From the NCBI RefSeq assembly GCF_000341395.1, contig NC_020304.1, forward strand, positions 1,830,001 through 1,862,000: DNA of 32,000 bases, in the 5' to 3' direction. Each line of letters begins with the position of its first letter. The stretch's first letter is position 1. The position numbers and the translations under genes were made by a program. Shown here one piece after another: positions 9,484 through 19,114 of the stretch. The DNA comes from Desulfocapsa sulfexigens DSM 10523. Lineage in GTDB: Bacteria > Desulfobacterota > Desulfobulbia > Desulfobulbales > Desulfocapsaceae. The notes under the pieces were generated by a model, which was not told the origin of the DNA, did no database searches, and worked only from the letters and a program-made list of their open reading frames with translations.

Positions 9484-11946
9484 TTATTCCTCGGTGTAAA
9501 AACTCCATGTTTTAGTGGATGGTGAATACAGGTAATCCATCTGCAGACGCAGTGGTCTCCCTCCTGAAGTTTCAGTGCATTGCATTCTGAATAACATTTT
9601 GTCATCAATGTTTCTAAGGTATTCAACAGCAGGAGCACTGAGAGCAGACCGGGTTGCCGCTGGATAGTGTTTTAGGAATAATTTCTCGTAGTTGTCTGTC
9701 AGGTAGCTGATTTGTTCAATGAGAAGTACTTGTTTTTCTGCTTCTTCTATCTGGTTTGCAATTTCCTTGAGGATGGTTGTGAATTCTGCCTGGTCTGTAA
9801 ACTGACTCCTGGTGATGGCTTTTTGTATGGCTTCAAGTTTACCAATGGCCAATGCAAAATCATCAGACTTAAGGTGTTTTGCCACATCCTGTTTGTTTTT
9901 TATTATTTCCGCATGAAGCATGATTCTGGAAAGTTTGATGCGGCTTTCTTCGGTATCTATCCGACTGAGTAACTTGGAGTTCTCTTCAAGGAGAATAATA
10001 GCTTTTTCATACTGGGCAATAACTTCATCCCATTTTGAGGCTGCAAAAGCCTTCTTTCCCTTTTCGATGGTCATATATATCTTTGTCTTCGCAATATTTT
10101 CGTGAAGATTGGATATCGTATCTGATTTTGAAAGATTAAGCTTCTGAACAAGATCGAGGGCTAACTGATAGCTGCTGAGGGCTTTGTCCCACTCCCCGGC
10201 GTTGAAAAATTCATGGCCCTGATCTCGGAGGGTATTAAATTTTGCCTGATTAGAGAGAAGTTCTAGTTGGGTGATGTCTTCCGGCAGTACGTTTGGGTTT
10301 GCTTTTGCCAGCTGCAGAGCTTTGCCAAAATGGGTTGTAGCGCCATTCCAGTCAGAGATGCTTAGAGATTTTTCGCCAGCATGCATCATACTGTTAAATT
10401 GGGCGCGGGAGTGTTTCTGGTTGACCTCGGCAAGCATTGCGTCATCTATTGCTTCTGTCTTTTTTGCTATTTCTAATGCCTTAGCGTAGCTGCTTACCGC
10501 GTCAGCCCAACGTTCCTGGGTGAAAAAAGAATCACCATTCTTTTTGGTCTCCTGGAAAGTGAGCAAAAACTCTTTAGTCGTTTCTGTGATATATTGGCCA
10601 TCAAAAAGAATTTTCCCAGCCAGTCCTTGACGAAATTTAGGTGAAGCGAGGAGGTTCTCTATCTTTTTTGCAAGTTCGTCTTTTTCGTTCTGCTTGACTA
10701 GCTGTATCTCAGTAGTAAGGCGTAATGCTTCATTGCATTTTTTTTCAGCTCCCTGAAAATTGTTTGCAGTTAGAAGGTTTTGACATTCGTCGAACTGTTT
10801 CCTTGCTTTTTTCAGGTTTGATCCCAATGAAAGATAACTGAGAGTCACGGTGACAATAAGAGCAATGGAACCGCATGCTAATGCAAAGAAAAATAACTTT
10901 TTGCTAACTGCTTTAGAATCTTCGAAAAAGGTTCTTTTGGCCGATGATGGTGCATTAGAGTCTTGATCAGGAACGGAAGTTTCTGAGTCCTCAGCCGTGT
11001 CGTTGGAGTCCTGCTCGTCTGATACATTATTTACCCAGTCACCAAGAAGATCAAAGGCCTGTTGTACCCTGTCCTTCGCTTCTTGAAGATTTGGATAATC
11101 GGAGACCAGTTTCTCTATGGAAGTGTATTTTTCGAGTGCCTCCTTTTGCTTTCCCTGGTGCTCAAGCTTGTCAGCCTCGTGATAGATTGCCATGGCTTGA
11201 TCCATGGCTGTGCGAGTCTGTTCTTCAAAACCTTCACGACCTTCAAAAGGTTCATGGATTGACTGAAGTTCGCGAGAGAGAGCCTGGAAACGTTTCTGCT
11301 TGGCAATCACGCGCAAGCGGTCAGTATCTATTTTTACGGGTGGTGTAGATTCTTTGAGGGGTGCAAAGGAAGTACCGAAGTCATCGTCGTCAAGAGTGTC
11401 AATACCTTTCTGGTCGTCATCTGAAACGTCCCAGTCAATGCCTTCCTCAATGTCTTCCTCTATGGGAGTCGGAGTAATTTTTTCTAAATCAGGTGTGTCG
11501 AAGGGGAGCTGATCCCTGTTGTCTCTATACCAGTCGGCGGCTTCTTCATTGAAGGCATTGCTATTAGAGTATATTTCCCCGGAAATCATGCGGGCAATAT
11601 GAATAATAAGGGTGATTATAGACTTGTCGGCTTCCCAAACATCCCCGATACAAATTGCGGATGAGTCAAAATCTGGATGGAATGTAGGACTTTCCGGGAT
11701 ACAGTTAGGAGGAAAATGAGGAAAGCCAAATGGTAGGGAAATAGAAATGACATGATTGTCGCAACTGTAGACCTCACCGCTGTTTTCTCTGCACATTCCA
11801 GTTATCCTGAAACTGACAGTATATTGATCAGGAGGATTGCCTTCTCCAGGCATCACAGTTATAGCTGGGATGTCTGCAAAGTATTCGTTTACTTCCTGGA
11901 ACACTGTATCGAGTTGATTACTGGTTTTGTTCATAGCGGATGACAA
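9484..11946 (-). CDS. E2/UBC-like domain protein fused to acidic linker, TPR-like repeats and a transmembrane helix
   Basis: Residues ~1-150 show the UBC pattern: FGFPHFPPNC...PTFHPDFDSSAICIGDVWEADKSIITLIIHIARMI (P-F-PP, HPD, putative catalytic Cys99 in a CI-D-W context). Then an Asp/Glu-rich linker, a putative TM helix at ~351-374 (LFFFALACGSIALIVTVTLSYLSL), and repeated helical ERWADAVSSYAKALEIA / GEWDKALSSYQLALDL / SKWDEVIAQYEKAI units typical of TPRs. Confidence 0.85.
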   Translation of the reverse strand: MSSAMNKTSNQLDTVFQEVNEYFADIPAITVMPGEGNPPDQYTVSFRITGMCRENSGEVYSCDNHVISISLPFGFPHFPPNCIPESPTFHPDFDSSAICIGDVWEADKSIITLIIHIARMISGEIYSNSNAFNEEAADWYRDNRDQLPFDTPDLEKITPTPIEEDIEEGIDWDVSDDDQKGIDTLDDDDFGTSFAPLKESTPPVKIDTDRLRVIAKQKRFQALSRELQSIHEPFEGREGFEEQTRTAMDQAMAIYHEADKLEHQGKQKEALEKYTSIEKLVSDYPNLQEAKDRVQQAFDLLGDWVNNVSDEQDSNDTAEDSETSVPDQDSNAPSSAKRTFFEDSKAVSKKLFFFALACGSIALIVTVTLSYLSLGSNLKKARKQFDECQNLLTANNFQGAEKKCNEALRLTTEIQLVKQNEKDELAKKIENLLASPKFRQGLAGKILFDGQYITETTKEFLLTFQETKKNGDSFFTQERWADAVSSYAKALEIAKKTEAIDDAMLAEVNQKHSRAQFNSMMHAGEKSLSISDWNGATTHFGKALQLAKANPNVLPEDITQLELLSNQAKFNTLRDQGHEFFNAGEWDKALSSYQLALDLVQKLNLSKSDTISNLHENIAKTKIYMTIEKGKKAFAASKWDEVIAQYEKAIILLEENSKLLSRIDTEESRIKLSRIMLHAEIIKNKQDVAKHLKSDDFALAIGKLEAIQKAITRSQFTDQAEFTTILKEIANQIEEAEKQVLLIEQISYLTDNYEKLFLKHYPAATRSALSAPAVEYLRNIDDKMLFRMQCTETSGGRPLRLQMDYLYSPSTKTWSFYTEE

Positions 11947-12130
11947 GCCTGTAAAGTAAGAAAGCAGAACAACCCTGCTGAATTATGAATCATTAATGTT
12001 TTTATATTAAACCCACAGATATCATAAGTATAGCAGTAAGTTCTTGTAAAACAAAAATATTTGTTATAAGAGCTGAAAAAAAGCATATTTTTATCATTAA
12101 GATGGAGTGTCTGTGGTAAAATAGGAAGGA

Positions 12131-13192
12131 ATGAAGCCACCGAAAATACATTTTAGAATTGTAACCGACAATAATTGTCCGTTATATAATGAAGGTGATT
12201 TACTGTCACTTTCAGCGAAAACTCTTACTTGTCCCGAAAACAAGGAGACTTGTCTGATTCTTGTACGGGAGATGACTAAGCTTCTCTTTGAACTGCTGGA
12301 CAGATCTCCAGAAGAAGAGGCAAGTACTAAGGTCTACAGCTGTAGTGGCTGTTCTGGACTTATTAAATTTCAACGTATTCCAGACGAACTTGCCAGGCAG
12401 GATGATCCAGTTTCCCCGGAGCAACCGCTTGACCCTGAAGGTGAGGCACTGCTGACAGAAATTTCTGATTTTCCAATAATTTGTGCTGTGCCGGATGTTG
12501 AGCTTGCTAATGTGATTCGCTGTTTTCGTAAAGAGCAACTTCCTGCAAATTTTACCTTTATCAACAAGGGAAGGCAGGGCATCTATCTCTATCTTATTCT
12601 TTCCGGCGACATTGTCGTCAGTGATAACGCACTTGCTATTGCCCACCTCGGAAGAGGAGACATTTGTGGAGAAATGAGCTATCTCGGGGGCGATGTTGCT
12701 GGTGCTGATGTGAAAACTGTTACGAAATCTGAAGTTCTTTCTATTACCGGTGATGCCTTCAGTCAACTTCTGGATCGTATCCCGGAACTACAACTCTTTA
12801 TGGCAAAAATACTGGTTCAGCGCCTGGCGAAATCCAATGCCAGTCATTTTAATGTCTTTGACGCCTGCATGAGTGGCTGGATTCGTGAAATGCCTCCGGC
12901 TGAATTGTTCCAGGTATTTCATATGCACCAGAAGACAGGAGTTCTTTCTCTTGATCTGCCTTTGGGTGTGGCGAAGGTCTCTTTTCGGGAGGGTTGTGTT
13001 ATTAATGCCCAATATAGAGATATGACCAGTCAGGAGGCTATTTTTGCCATGCTTAAGGAGCGAGAGGGAAGGTATACATTTACCAGCGGGCTTTCTCCCG
13101 AAGAGATGAAGGCTGCTGAGATTGGCGATTTTATGATGTTGCTTATGGAAGGAATAAAAAGAGTGGATGAGTCTGCTGAAGAAGGTAAATGA
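12131..13192 (+). CDS. Cyclic-nucleotide-binding-domain protein with C-terminal DUF4388/PATAN-like module and N-terminal CPLY..GD-type domain
   Basis: N-term NNCPLYNEGD...CLILVREMT...YSCSGCSGLIKF (TIGR04076-like); central cNMP fold (FINKGRQGIYLYLILSGDIVV...LGRGDICGEMSYLGG...VLSITGDAFSQLLDRIPEL); C-term ELFQVFHMHQKTGVLSLDLPLGVAKVSFREGCVINAQY typical of DUF4388. Confidence 0.8.
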   Translation: MKPPKIHFRIVTDNNCPLYNEGDLLSLSAKTLTCPENKETCLILVREMTKLLFELLDRSPEEEASTKVYSCSGCSGLIKFQRIPDELARQDDPVSPEQPLDPEGEALLTEISDFPIICAVPDVELANVIRCFRKEQLPANFTFINKGRQGIYLYLILSGDIVVSDNALAIAHLGRGDICGEMSYLGGDVAGADVKTVTKSEVLSITGDAFSQLLDRIPELQLFMAKILVQRLAKSNASHFNVFDACMSGWIREMPPAELFQVFHMHQKTGVLSLDLPLGVAKVSFREGCVINAQYRDMTSQEAIFAMLKEREGRYTFTSGLSPEEMKAAEIGDFMMLLMEGIKRVDESAEEGK

Positions 13193-13193
13193 G

Positions 13194-13820
13194 CTACTGT
13201 TGAAACGGTGGGAGCTTGAGGATTTCCATAAAGTTGTTTACGTGATATTCCGCGGCAAGTTTTTTATTCTTAAAACCGATCAGGCGCATTCCACATCCTG
13301 CAGAATGTTCGCGGTCAATTACAGAGTCGCCAATATATATGGCTTCGTCTACTTCACAGTTACAATGTTCCAAAATTTCCAGCAATGCATCTGGGGCAGG
13401 TTTGGGACGTCTGGCATTTTCCGCAGTCATCACTTTGACAAAATAGTCCTTGAGTTTGAAAATCTCAAGAATCGGTTCCATGGTGTTGGTCCGGTTGGTG
13501 GAAACAGCTAACTGGTAACGCGGTGCACAGGTATCTAAAAATTGAATCAGATCATCTTCCATTCTCATGTACTGTAAAAAAGGGGCATAACCTATCTCTT
13601 GACGGAAGGTATCAACATCCTGGATATTCTGGTCAGGATAATGACGGAAAATGTGGCGGATTGATTCGTGTACATTATGAATATGGACGAATTCCAGTTC
13701 TTCTTCGTTCATGGCTGGATAACCAAAATGGTCGAGCAGGTGGTTGTAATAGGTCTGGTTTGCAAATTTAGAGTCAAACATCACCCCATCACAATCAAAT
13801 ATCACGAGTTTAAGCTTCAT
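13194..13820 (-). CDS. HAD superfamily hydrolase, phosphoglycolate-phosphatase-like
   Basis: MKLKLVIFDCDGVMFDSK, LAVSTNR, and KPAPDALLEILEHCNC...YIGDSVIDREHSAGCGM motifs; start at 13820 gives an ATGA overlap with the upstream gene. Confidence 0.9.
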   Translation of the reverse strand: MKLKLVIFDCDGVMFDSKFANQTYYNHLLDHFGYPAMNEEELEFVHIHNVHESIRHIFRHYPDQNIQDVDTFRQEIGYAPFLQYMRMEDDLIQFLDTCAPRYQLAVSTNRTNTMEPILEIFKLKDYFVKVMTAENARRPKPAPDALLEILEHCNCEVDEAIYIGDSVIDREHSAGCGMRLIGFKNKKLAAEYHVNNFMEILKLPPFQQ

Positions 13821-14548
13821 TGTTGAAAAAGTACTCCATGCAGCCATTCAATTCCAAAAAGAAGAAGCTGTTCATCGTCTTTACAGGCTTCCTTCTTGTG
13901 AAGATACTGGTTTTGTTGTGGTAACCTGCCTTCATCCAGCTGTTTGCGGAATGAATCCAGGTTGTACAGTGCAAGAACAAAGAATTCTGTCTGTTCCAGG
14001 GTAAGTTGCAGGCCCTGCCTGATCTTTTCATGCTGGAGCAGAGTGGCAACTTTGTCGTTAAGCCTATTGTAGCGCTCCAGGCACTGGCCCTCGCTGTAGC
14101 GTTTTGGTGTTTGTTCTTCTTTCTCCTGAAAGCCATGGCAGTGCGGTTCGTTTAAGAGTACAAAAAATTCCTCCATACGGTTGTCATCACGGCGCATGGC
14201 TGCTCTGCCCATGGGGTAGGCTCTGCAGGCTCCGGGTCTGCCGGGGTAGACCGTGCAACCAGTGTCGGAAACAAAGACACAGGACGCCTGTCCATCATCT
14301 ACCATGGTAAGATAAAAACGTGGAAAGACATCTTCGGTTTCCTGTTCCTGAATCACATAGCGTTCCAGAAAAATACTGGAATGGAGGTTTGTTTCATGTT
14401 TCAGACGTAGAACGTCATATGGCGTGAGGGCGAGCTCAAGTTGTCTGCAGCAGTCCGTGAAACAGTTAACATCAGGATGGCAGGAGAAGCAGAATGTTTC
14501 ACCTGAGTCAAGCCTGCGGACATTTTCTGGTAATTGTGGCTGGTCCAT
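13817..14548 (-). CDS. YkgJ-family cysteine cluster protein
   Basis: FCFSCHPDVNCFTDCCRQLEL...LTPYDVLRLK...CVFVSDTGCTVYPGRPGACRAYPM; the start MDQPQLPE at 14548 lies just after the secDF stop. Confidence 0.85.
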   Translation of the reverse strand: MDQPQLPENVRRLDSGETFCFSCHPDVNCFTDCCRQLELALTPYDVLRLKHETNLHSSIFLERYVIQEQETEDVFPRFYLTMVDDGQASCVFVSDTGCTVYPGRPGACRAYPMGRAAMRRDDNRMEEFFVLLNEPHCHGFQEKEEQTPKRYSEGQCLERYNRLNDKVATLLQHEKIRQGLQLTLEQTEFFVLALYNLDSFRKQLDEGRLPQQNQYLHKKEACKDDEQLLLFGIEWLHGVLFQQ

Positions 14549-14552
14549 TTTT

Positions 14553-17129
14553 CTAATTTTTCTTTTCCGGCCACAGAGTAAGCACAGGGCTGGCAATAAA
14601 TATTGATGAATAGGTGCCTACCATAACGCCAAGAAGAAGGGCAAGGGCAAAATCGTGGATGACAGATCCACCGAAGAAAAAGAGAGCAAGAAGCACCATA
14701 GCAGTGGTTAATGATGTCACAAAGGTACGGCTCATAACCTCATTAATACTTCTGTTTATCTGCTGCAGGAGGGAGTGATCCTCTGACTTTTGCATATTTT
14801 CTCTGATACGGTCAAATACAACAACCGAATCATTAAGTGAATATCCGGCAAGTGTCAGAAGGGCTGTTACGATGAGCAGGGTTATTTCAACATTGAGGAG
14901 CCAGCAGAGACCAAGTACCACAATTACATCGTGGAAGGTTGCAACGGCGGCCGCAAGCCCAAAGCGGATATCAAAACGCATAGCCAGGTAGGCGATGACC
15001 CCAAGCAGCGAAATAAATATTGCCTGAATGGCCTTGTTTCTGAGAACAGCACTGACAGAGGAACCGATTTCAGATTGACTTTCGAGGACAAATCCTTTCT
15101 CTGCCATATTGTTTTCAAGAATCGCAGTGATCTGCTCACTGAAATCTCCAACCACTTCTTCGGATTTCTTAATTTTGACGATCAGGCGGTGCTCTCCTTC
15201 AACCTCCTGAAGGTTGGCGTTCTTGAGATCATTGGCTTCAAAAACCGTTCGTACTTCATCCATTGTGAAATCAGTCGTTGCTTTGTACTGAAGTAAAGAG
15301 CCGCCGGAGAAATCAACACCCATGTTGGCATTGCCCCTTGCGATCTGGATAAAGGAAAAGAGGCCAATGGCTATAAGGACTCCAGAGATTGCAAAGGTGA
15401 TATTCCGTATACCCATGAAGTTAATATTTGATTTTTTCACAAACTGCATGAAATGAAGCTTCTTCAAAGAGCGGAAGGAGTAAAGGGTATCGAACAGTAA
15501 TCTGGAACAGAAAAGAGCTGTGAAAAGGTTAAAAATAATACCAAGTGACAGGGTGATTGCAAATCCCTTGATCGGTCCGGTTCCAAACATAAATAGAGCC
15601 ATGGCAGTGATCAGTGTTGTTACCTGGGAGTCGACAATGGTCGAGAAGGCCTTGCCGAAACCTCCATCCACACTGGACTTGACAGATTTTCCTAGATTGT
15701 ACTCTTCACGCATTCGTTCAAATATAAGGACATTTGCATCAACCGCCATTCCGATGGAAAGAATGATACCGGCGATACCGGGGAGCGTGAGCGTTGCATT
15801 CAGAATGGCAAGACCTGTAAAGAGGAAAAGAATATTCAAGACAAGAGCTGTGTTGGCGATGATACCTGACAGCCTGTAATAAATAACCATAAAGGCAAAA
15901 ACGATCAGTGTGCCAAAGACACCGGATGTCAATCCTTTGCTGATGGAGTCCTGACCAAGACTTGCGCCAACGGTCATGTTCTGGATAATGTCAACGGGAG
16001 CTGGCAGTGCACCAACACGAAGGACAATGGCAAGATCCGCTGCTTCTTCATGGGTAAAGCTGCCACTGATCTGGGCGGAGCCACCAAGGATTTTCTCGCG
16101 AATAACAGGAGCAGAACGCACGACATCATCGAGGACAATGGCCATCCGTTTCCCAACGTTTTCTTCTGTGAGCTTGGCGAAGACCCTGCCGCCCTTTGCC
16201 GTGAAATCGATTGAGACATAGGGCTCATTGAACTGGTTTGAAATCCGCACTTGAGCATTCTTGACCATTTCTCCTGTCATTAAGATTTGCTCATCAAGAA
16301 GAATGGGGCGAACGATCTCTTTTCCGGTCGTTGCGTCCACCTCCTTTTCTATGTAAATCTTTGTGTCTGTAGGAAGTCTGTTTTGCAGGGCCTGATTGAG
16401 TTTTTCAAGTTCCTCGTGGTTGGACCAGGTACCGTCCCACAGGCCAGCAGTGCGTGTTTCTTCTGCAAGAAGGCCTATGTTGATTCCAGCTGCATCGGCA
16501 ACTTTTTTAAATTCAAGCTGGGCGGTGTCACCCAGGAGTTTCAGGGCGCGTTTGGGGTCTTTTACGCCGGGGAGCTGGACAACAAGTTCTGCCTCCCCCT
16601 GTCGGATGATGACCGGTTCTGCCACACCAAACTGATCAATTCTGTTTCGAATAATTTCAAGGGATTGTTCCACAGCGTGGGTGCGGATAAAATCAATTTC
16701 CGAACTTTTGAGTGTTACTGTTATTTTGGGAAATGATCCTTCCTTTGCATCTACCTTGATATTTATTTCGGGAAAACTGTCTTGAACCACTTTGTTTACA
16801 GTATCAACAGCACTGGAGTTAGGTAGAGTGAAAAGAACAACATTTGTTTCTGATTTTGTCCGTACAGCACTTATGCCCTGCTCTTTCAGGAGGTCTTTCA
16901 GCTCATTGGCAGCAAGTTCGAGCGAATCTTCTTCAGCCTTATCCAGATTGACTTTGAGAACAAGATGCATCCCACCCTGAAGATCCAGGCCGAGTCGTAA
17001 TCCCTCTGGGGACATGTATTTTTTCCACCAGTCTGGAGTAGAACTGTAAAAGGAAGGAATAATAGTCACAACGGAAAGGGCAATGACAAAAATGAGCGCA
17101 GAAATTTTTAACTTTAATGATGTGTTCAT
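14553..17129 (-). CDS. secDF: Fused protein translocase subunit SecDF
   Basis: Single 858-aa ORF containing both SecD (GLRLGLDLQGGMHLVLKV, GMAVDANVLIFERMREE) and SecF (GVDFSGGSLLQ, GYSLNDSVVVFDRIRENM) halves. Confidence 0.95.
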   Translation of the reverse strand: MNTSLKLKISALIFVIALSVVTIIPSFYSSTPDWWKKYMSPEGLRLGLDLQGGMHLVLKVNLDKAEEDSLELAANELKDLLKEQGISAVRTKSETNVVLFTLPNSSAVDTVNKVVQDSFPEINIKVDAKEGSFPKITVTLKSSEIDFIRTHAVEQSLEIIRNRIDQFGVAEPVIIRQGEAELVVQLPGVKDPKRALKLLGDTAQLEFKKVADAAGINIGLLAEETRTAGLWDGTWSNHEELEKLNQALQNRLPTDTKIYIEKEVDATTGKEIVRPILLDEQILMTGEMVKNAQVRISNQFNEPYVSIDFTAKGGRVFAKLTEENVGKRMAIVLDDVVRSAPVIREKILGGSAQISGSFTHEEAADLAIVLRVGALPAPVDIIQNMTVGASLGQDSISKGLTSGVFGTLIVFAFMVIYYRLSGIIANTALVLNILFLFTGLAILNATLTLPGIAGIILSIGMAVDANVLIFERMREEYNLGKSVKSSVDGGFGKAFSTIVDSQVTTLITAMALFMFGTGPIKGFAITLSLGIIFNLFTALFCSRLLFDTLYSFRSLKKLHFMQFVKKSNINFMGIRNITFAISGVLIAIGLFSFIQIARGNANMGVDFSGGSLLQYKATTDFTMDEVRTVFEANDLKNANLQEVEGEHRLIVKIKKSEEVVGDFSEQITAILENNMAEKGFVLESQSEIGSSVSAVLRNKAIQAIFISLLGVIAYLAMRFDIRFGLAAAVATFHDVIVVLGLCWLLNVEITLLIVTALLTLAGYSLNDSVVVFDRIRENMQKSEDHSLLQQINRSINEVMSRTFVTSLTTAMVLLALFFFGGSVIHDFALALLLGVMVGTYSSIFIASPVLTLWPEKKN

Positions 17130-17198
17130 TCAGAATCCTGAAAAAATAGTGCTGATTGATTTGTTAGAAAACAATTGAATCGGACAAAAATTAAGAGA

Positions 17199-17996
17199 TT
17201 ATACTGTACTGCCCGAATCTTGCAAGGATTCAGGCCTGTTTTTTCTATTAATGGCTGATGCGTGACAGGCTGCACCGAATCCATTGTCGATATTAACAAC
17301 GGCAAGACCAGGAGCACAGCTGTTAAGCATCCCGAGAAGAGCAGTGATTCCACCAAAACTGGTTCCGTAACCTATGGATGTTGGTACTGCCACCACTGGG
17401 CAGCTGCATATTCCACTCACCACACTGGGGAGAGCTCCCTCCATTCCGGCCACCACAATGATCACAGAGGCTGCAGTAATTGCCTCCTGTTGGCTGAACA
17501 GGCGATGAAGGCCGGCAACTCCTGCGTCGTAATGGGTGCTGACAGGGTTGCCAAGGGCCTGGGCGGTTATTTTAGCCTCTTCTGCCACTGGTATGTCAGA
17601 TGTCCCGGCGCAGAGAATAAGTATGTTTCCGTGTACACGCGTCGGGTCAGGTTCCTGCAGGTTGCAGGAGAGCATTCTGGCCCTGGTGTGATAGGTTATT
17701 TCGGGACAGGATTTCCTGATATGATTAGCTTTCTCAGGGTCGATGCGGGTGGCAAGAAAGAGAGCTTGCTGCTGTAGGAATGTTTTTGCAATAGCAACGA
17801 TTTGCGCAGCACTTTTTGACTCCCCGTAAATGACTTCAGGGATACCGGTTCGAAGGCTTCGATGGTGGTCGATACAGGCGTCTTTGATGAATTGTCCCGG
17901 CATATGGCGGAGTGCGTGTACAGCCTGTTCAACCGAGCAATTCCCCTGCTGCACGTCAGTGAAGAGTTTTTCTATACCGTCTTGATTCATTGGCAT
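17199..17996 (-). CDS. larB: Nickel pincer cofactor biosynthesis protein LarB
   Basis: AIR carboxylase/PurE-like C-terminus (ILCAGTSDIPVAEEAKITAQALG, YDAGVAGLHRL, VVAGMEGALPSVVSG, VAVPTSIGYGTSFGG, NIDNGFGAA) with LarB-type N-terminus. Confidence 0.92.
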   Translation of the reverse strand: MPMNQDGIEKLFTDVQQGNCSVEQAVHALRHMPGQFIKDACIDHHRSLRTGIPEVIYGESKSAAQIVAIAKTFLQQQALFLATRIDPEKANHIRKSCPEITYHTRARMLSCNLQEPDPTRVHGNILILCAGTSDIPVAEEAKITAQALGNPVSTHYDAGVAGLHRLFSQQEAITAASVIIVVAGMEGALPSVVSGICSCPVVAVPTSIGYGTSFGGITALLGMLNSCAPGLAVVNIDNGFGAACHASAINRKNRPESLQDSGSTV

Positions 17997-18100
17997 TACT
18001 TTTAGGGTGGAAAGTTAAATGTGAAAAGTTTAAGGTACCACCATAATAAACTAAGGTGAATTTTCGTACTAAAATAATTTATGTTCTAAGGAGTTTTTGA

Positions 18101-19114
18101 ATGAGTGATGTGACGCTTCCCTCTTATATTCAATTTTTGCAGCAGGAAAACAGTTATACGCACGCAGCAGCTGATATCCGACTGGTGCAGACCCATATCT
18201 CTTTTGTTCTCCTTGCAGGAGATTTTGTCTATAAGTGGAAAAAGCCTGTTGATTTTGGTTTCCTGGATTTTTCCACCCTTGAGAAACGGAAGTACTATTG
18301 TCAACAGGAGTTGCTGTTAAACAGAAGGCTCTGTCCCGATCTCTATGAGGCATTGGTTACTGTTAACAGGGACGGGGACGGTTTTTGTCTGAATGGCAGT
18401 GGTGAGGTTGTAGAATATGGCATCAGAATGGCTCGAATGCCTGAAGAGCAAATGATGGGACGGGTAATGGCAAGAGGTGAGTTGACCAGGGCCCATCTTG
18501 ACGATATTATCAATCGGTTGGTTCCTTTTTATGAGGCAGCAGCGGGAGACGGAGAGGTTAAGCAATTTGGAAAAGCAGATGCTGTTGCAGTGAATGTCCT
18601 TGAGAATTTTGATCAAACCGAGGATTTTGTGGATAAGGGAGCCCTAACCAGAGCCCAGTTTGATACGATTGTAAGTTATTCTAAGGAATTCTTGACCCAT
18701 GAAGATCGCTTTCAGGCACGGATAGATGCTGGCAGGATCAGGGACTGTCATGGGGATCTGCATTCAGCAAACATTTGTCTTTCGGATCCTGTTTACATTT
18801 TTGATTGCATTGAGTTTAACGAGCGCTTTCGTTACACCGATGTAGCAGCTGATGTTGCCTTTCTGGCCATGGATCTGGATTTTCATGGAGCTGCTGAGTT
18901 TTCAAATTATTTTATCGAACAATTTGTGGAAAAATCAGGGGATTCGGACCTTATGGGGATGCTAAATTTTTATAAGTGTTATCGAACCTATGTGCGTGCA
19001 AAAATTGCCCTGTTTACAGCGAGTGACCCGGCGGTGGATGCAGAAGCAAGGACTGCACTGATAGAGCAGGCAAGAAAACACTTCCTTCTGGCAGAACAGT
19101 ATGCCACAGCCTGA
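18101..19114 (+). CDS. Aminoglycoside-phosphotransferase-like kinase domain protein
   Basis: FVYKWKKPVDFGFLDFSTLEKR, RDCHGDLHSANICL, DCIEFNERFRYTDVAADVAFLAMDLD: COG2187-like APH fold. Confidence 0.88.
   Translation: MSDVTLPSYIQFLQQENSYTHAAADIRLVQTHISFVLLAGDFVYKWKKPVDFGFLDFSTLEKRKYYCQQELLLNRRLCPDLYEALVTVNRDGDGFCLNGSGEVVEYGIRMARMPEEQMMGRVMARGELTRAHLDDIINRLVPFYEAAAGDGEVKQFGKADAVAVNVLENFDQTEDFVDKGALTRAQFDTIVSYSKEFLTHEDRFQARIDAGRIRDCHGDLHSANICLSDPVYIFDCIEFNERFRYTDVAADVAFLAMDLDFHGAAEFSNYFIEQFVEKSGDSDLMGMLNFYKCYRTYVRAKIALFTASDPAVDAEARTALIEQARKHFLLAEQYATA

Noticed and set aside
11062-11348. Overlapping small ORFs on both strands within the E2/TPR gene
   Set aside because: They lie inside or opposite a long, coherent coding frame with repeat structure, with no independent support.
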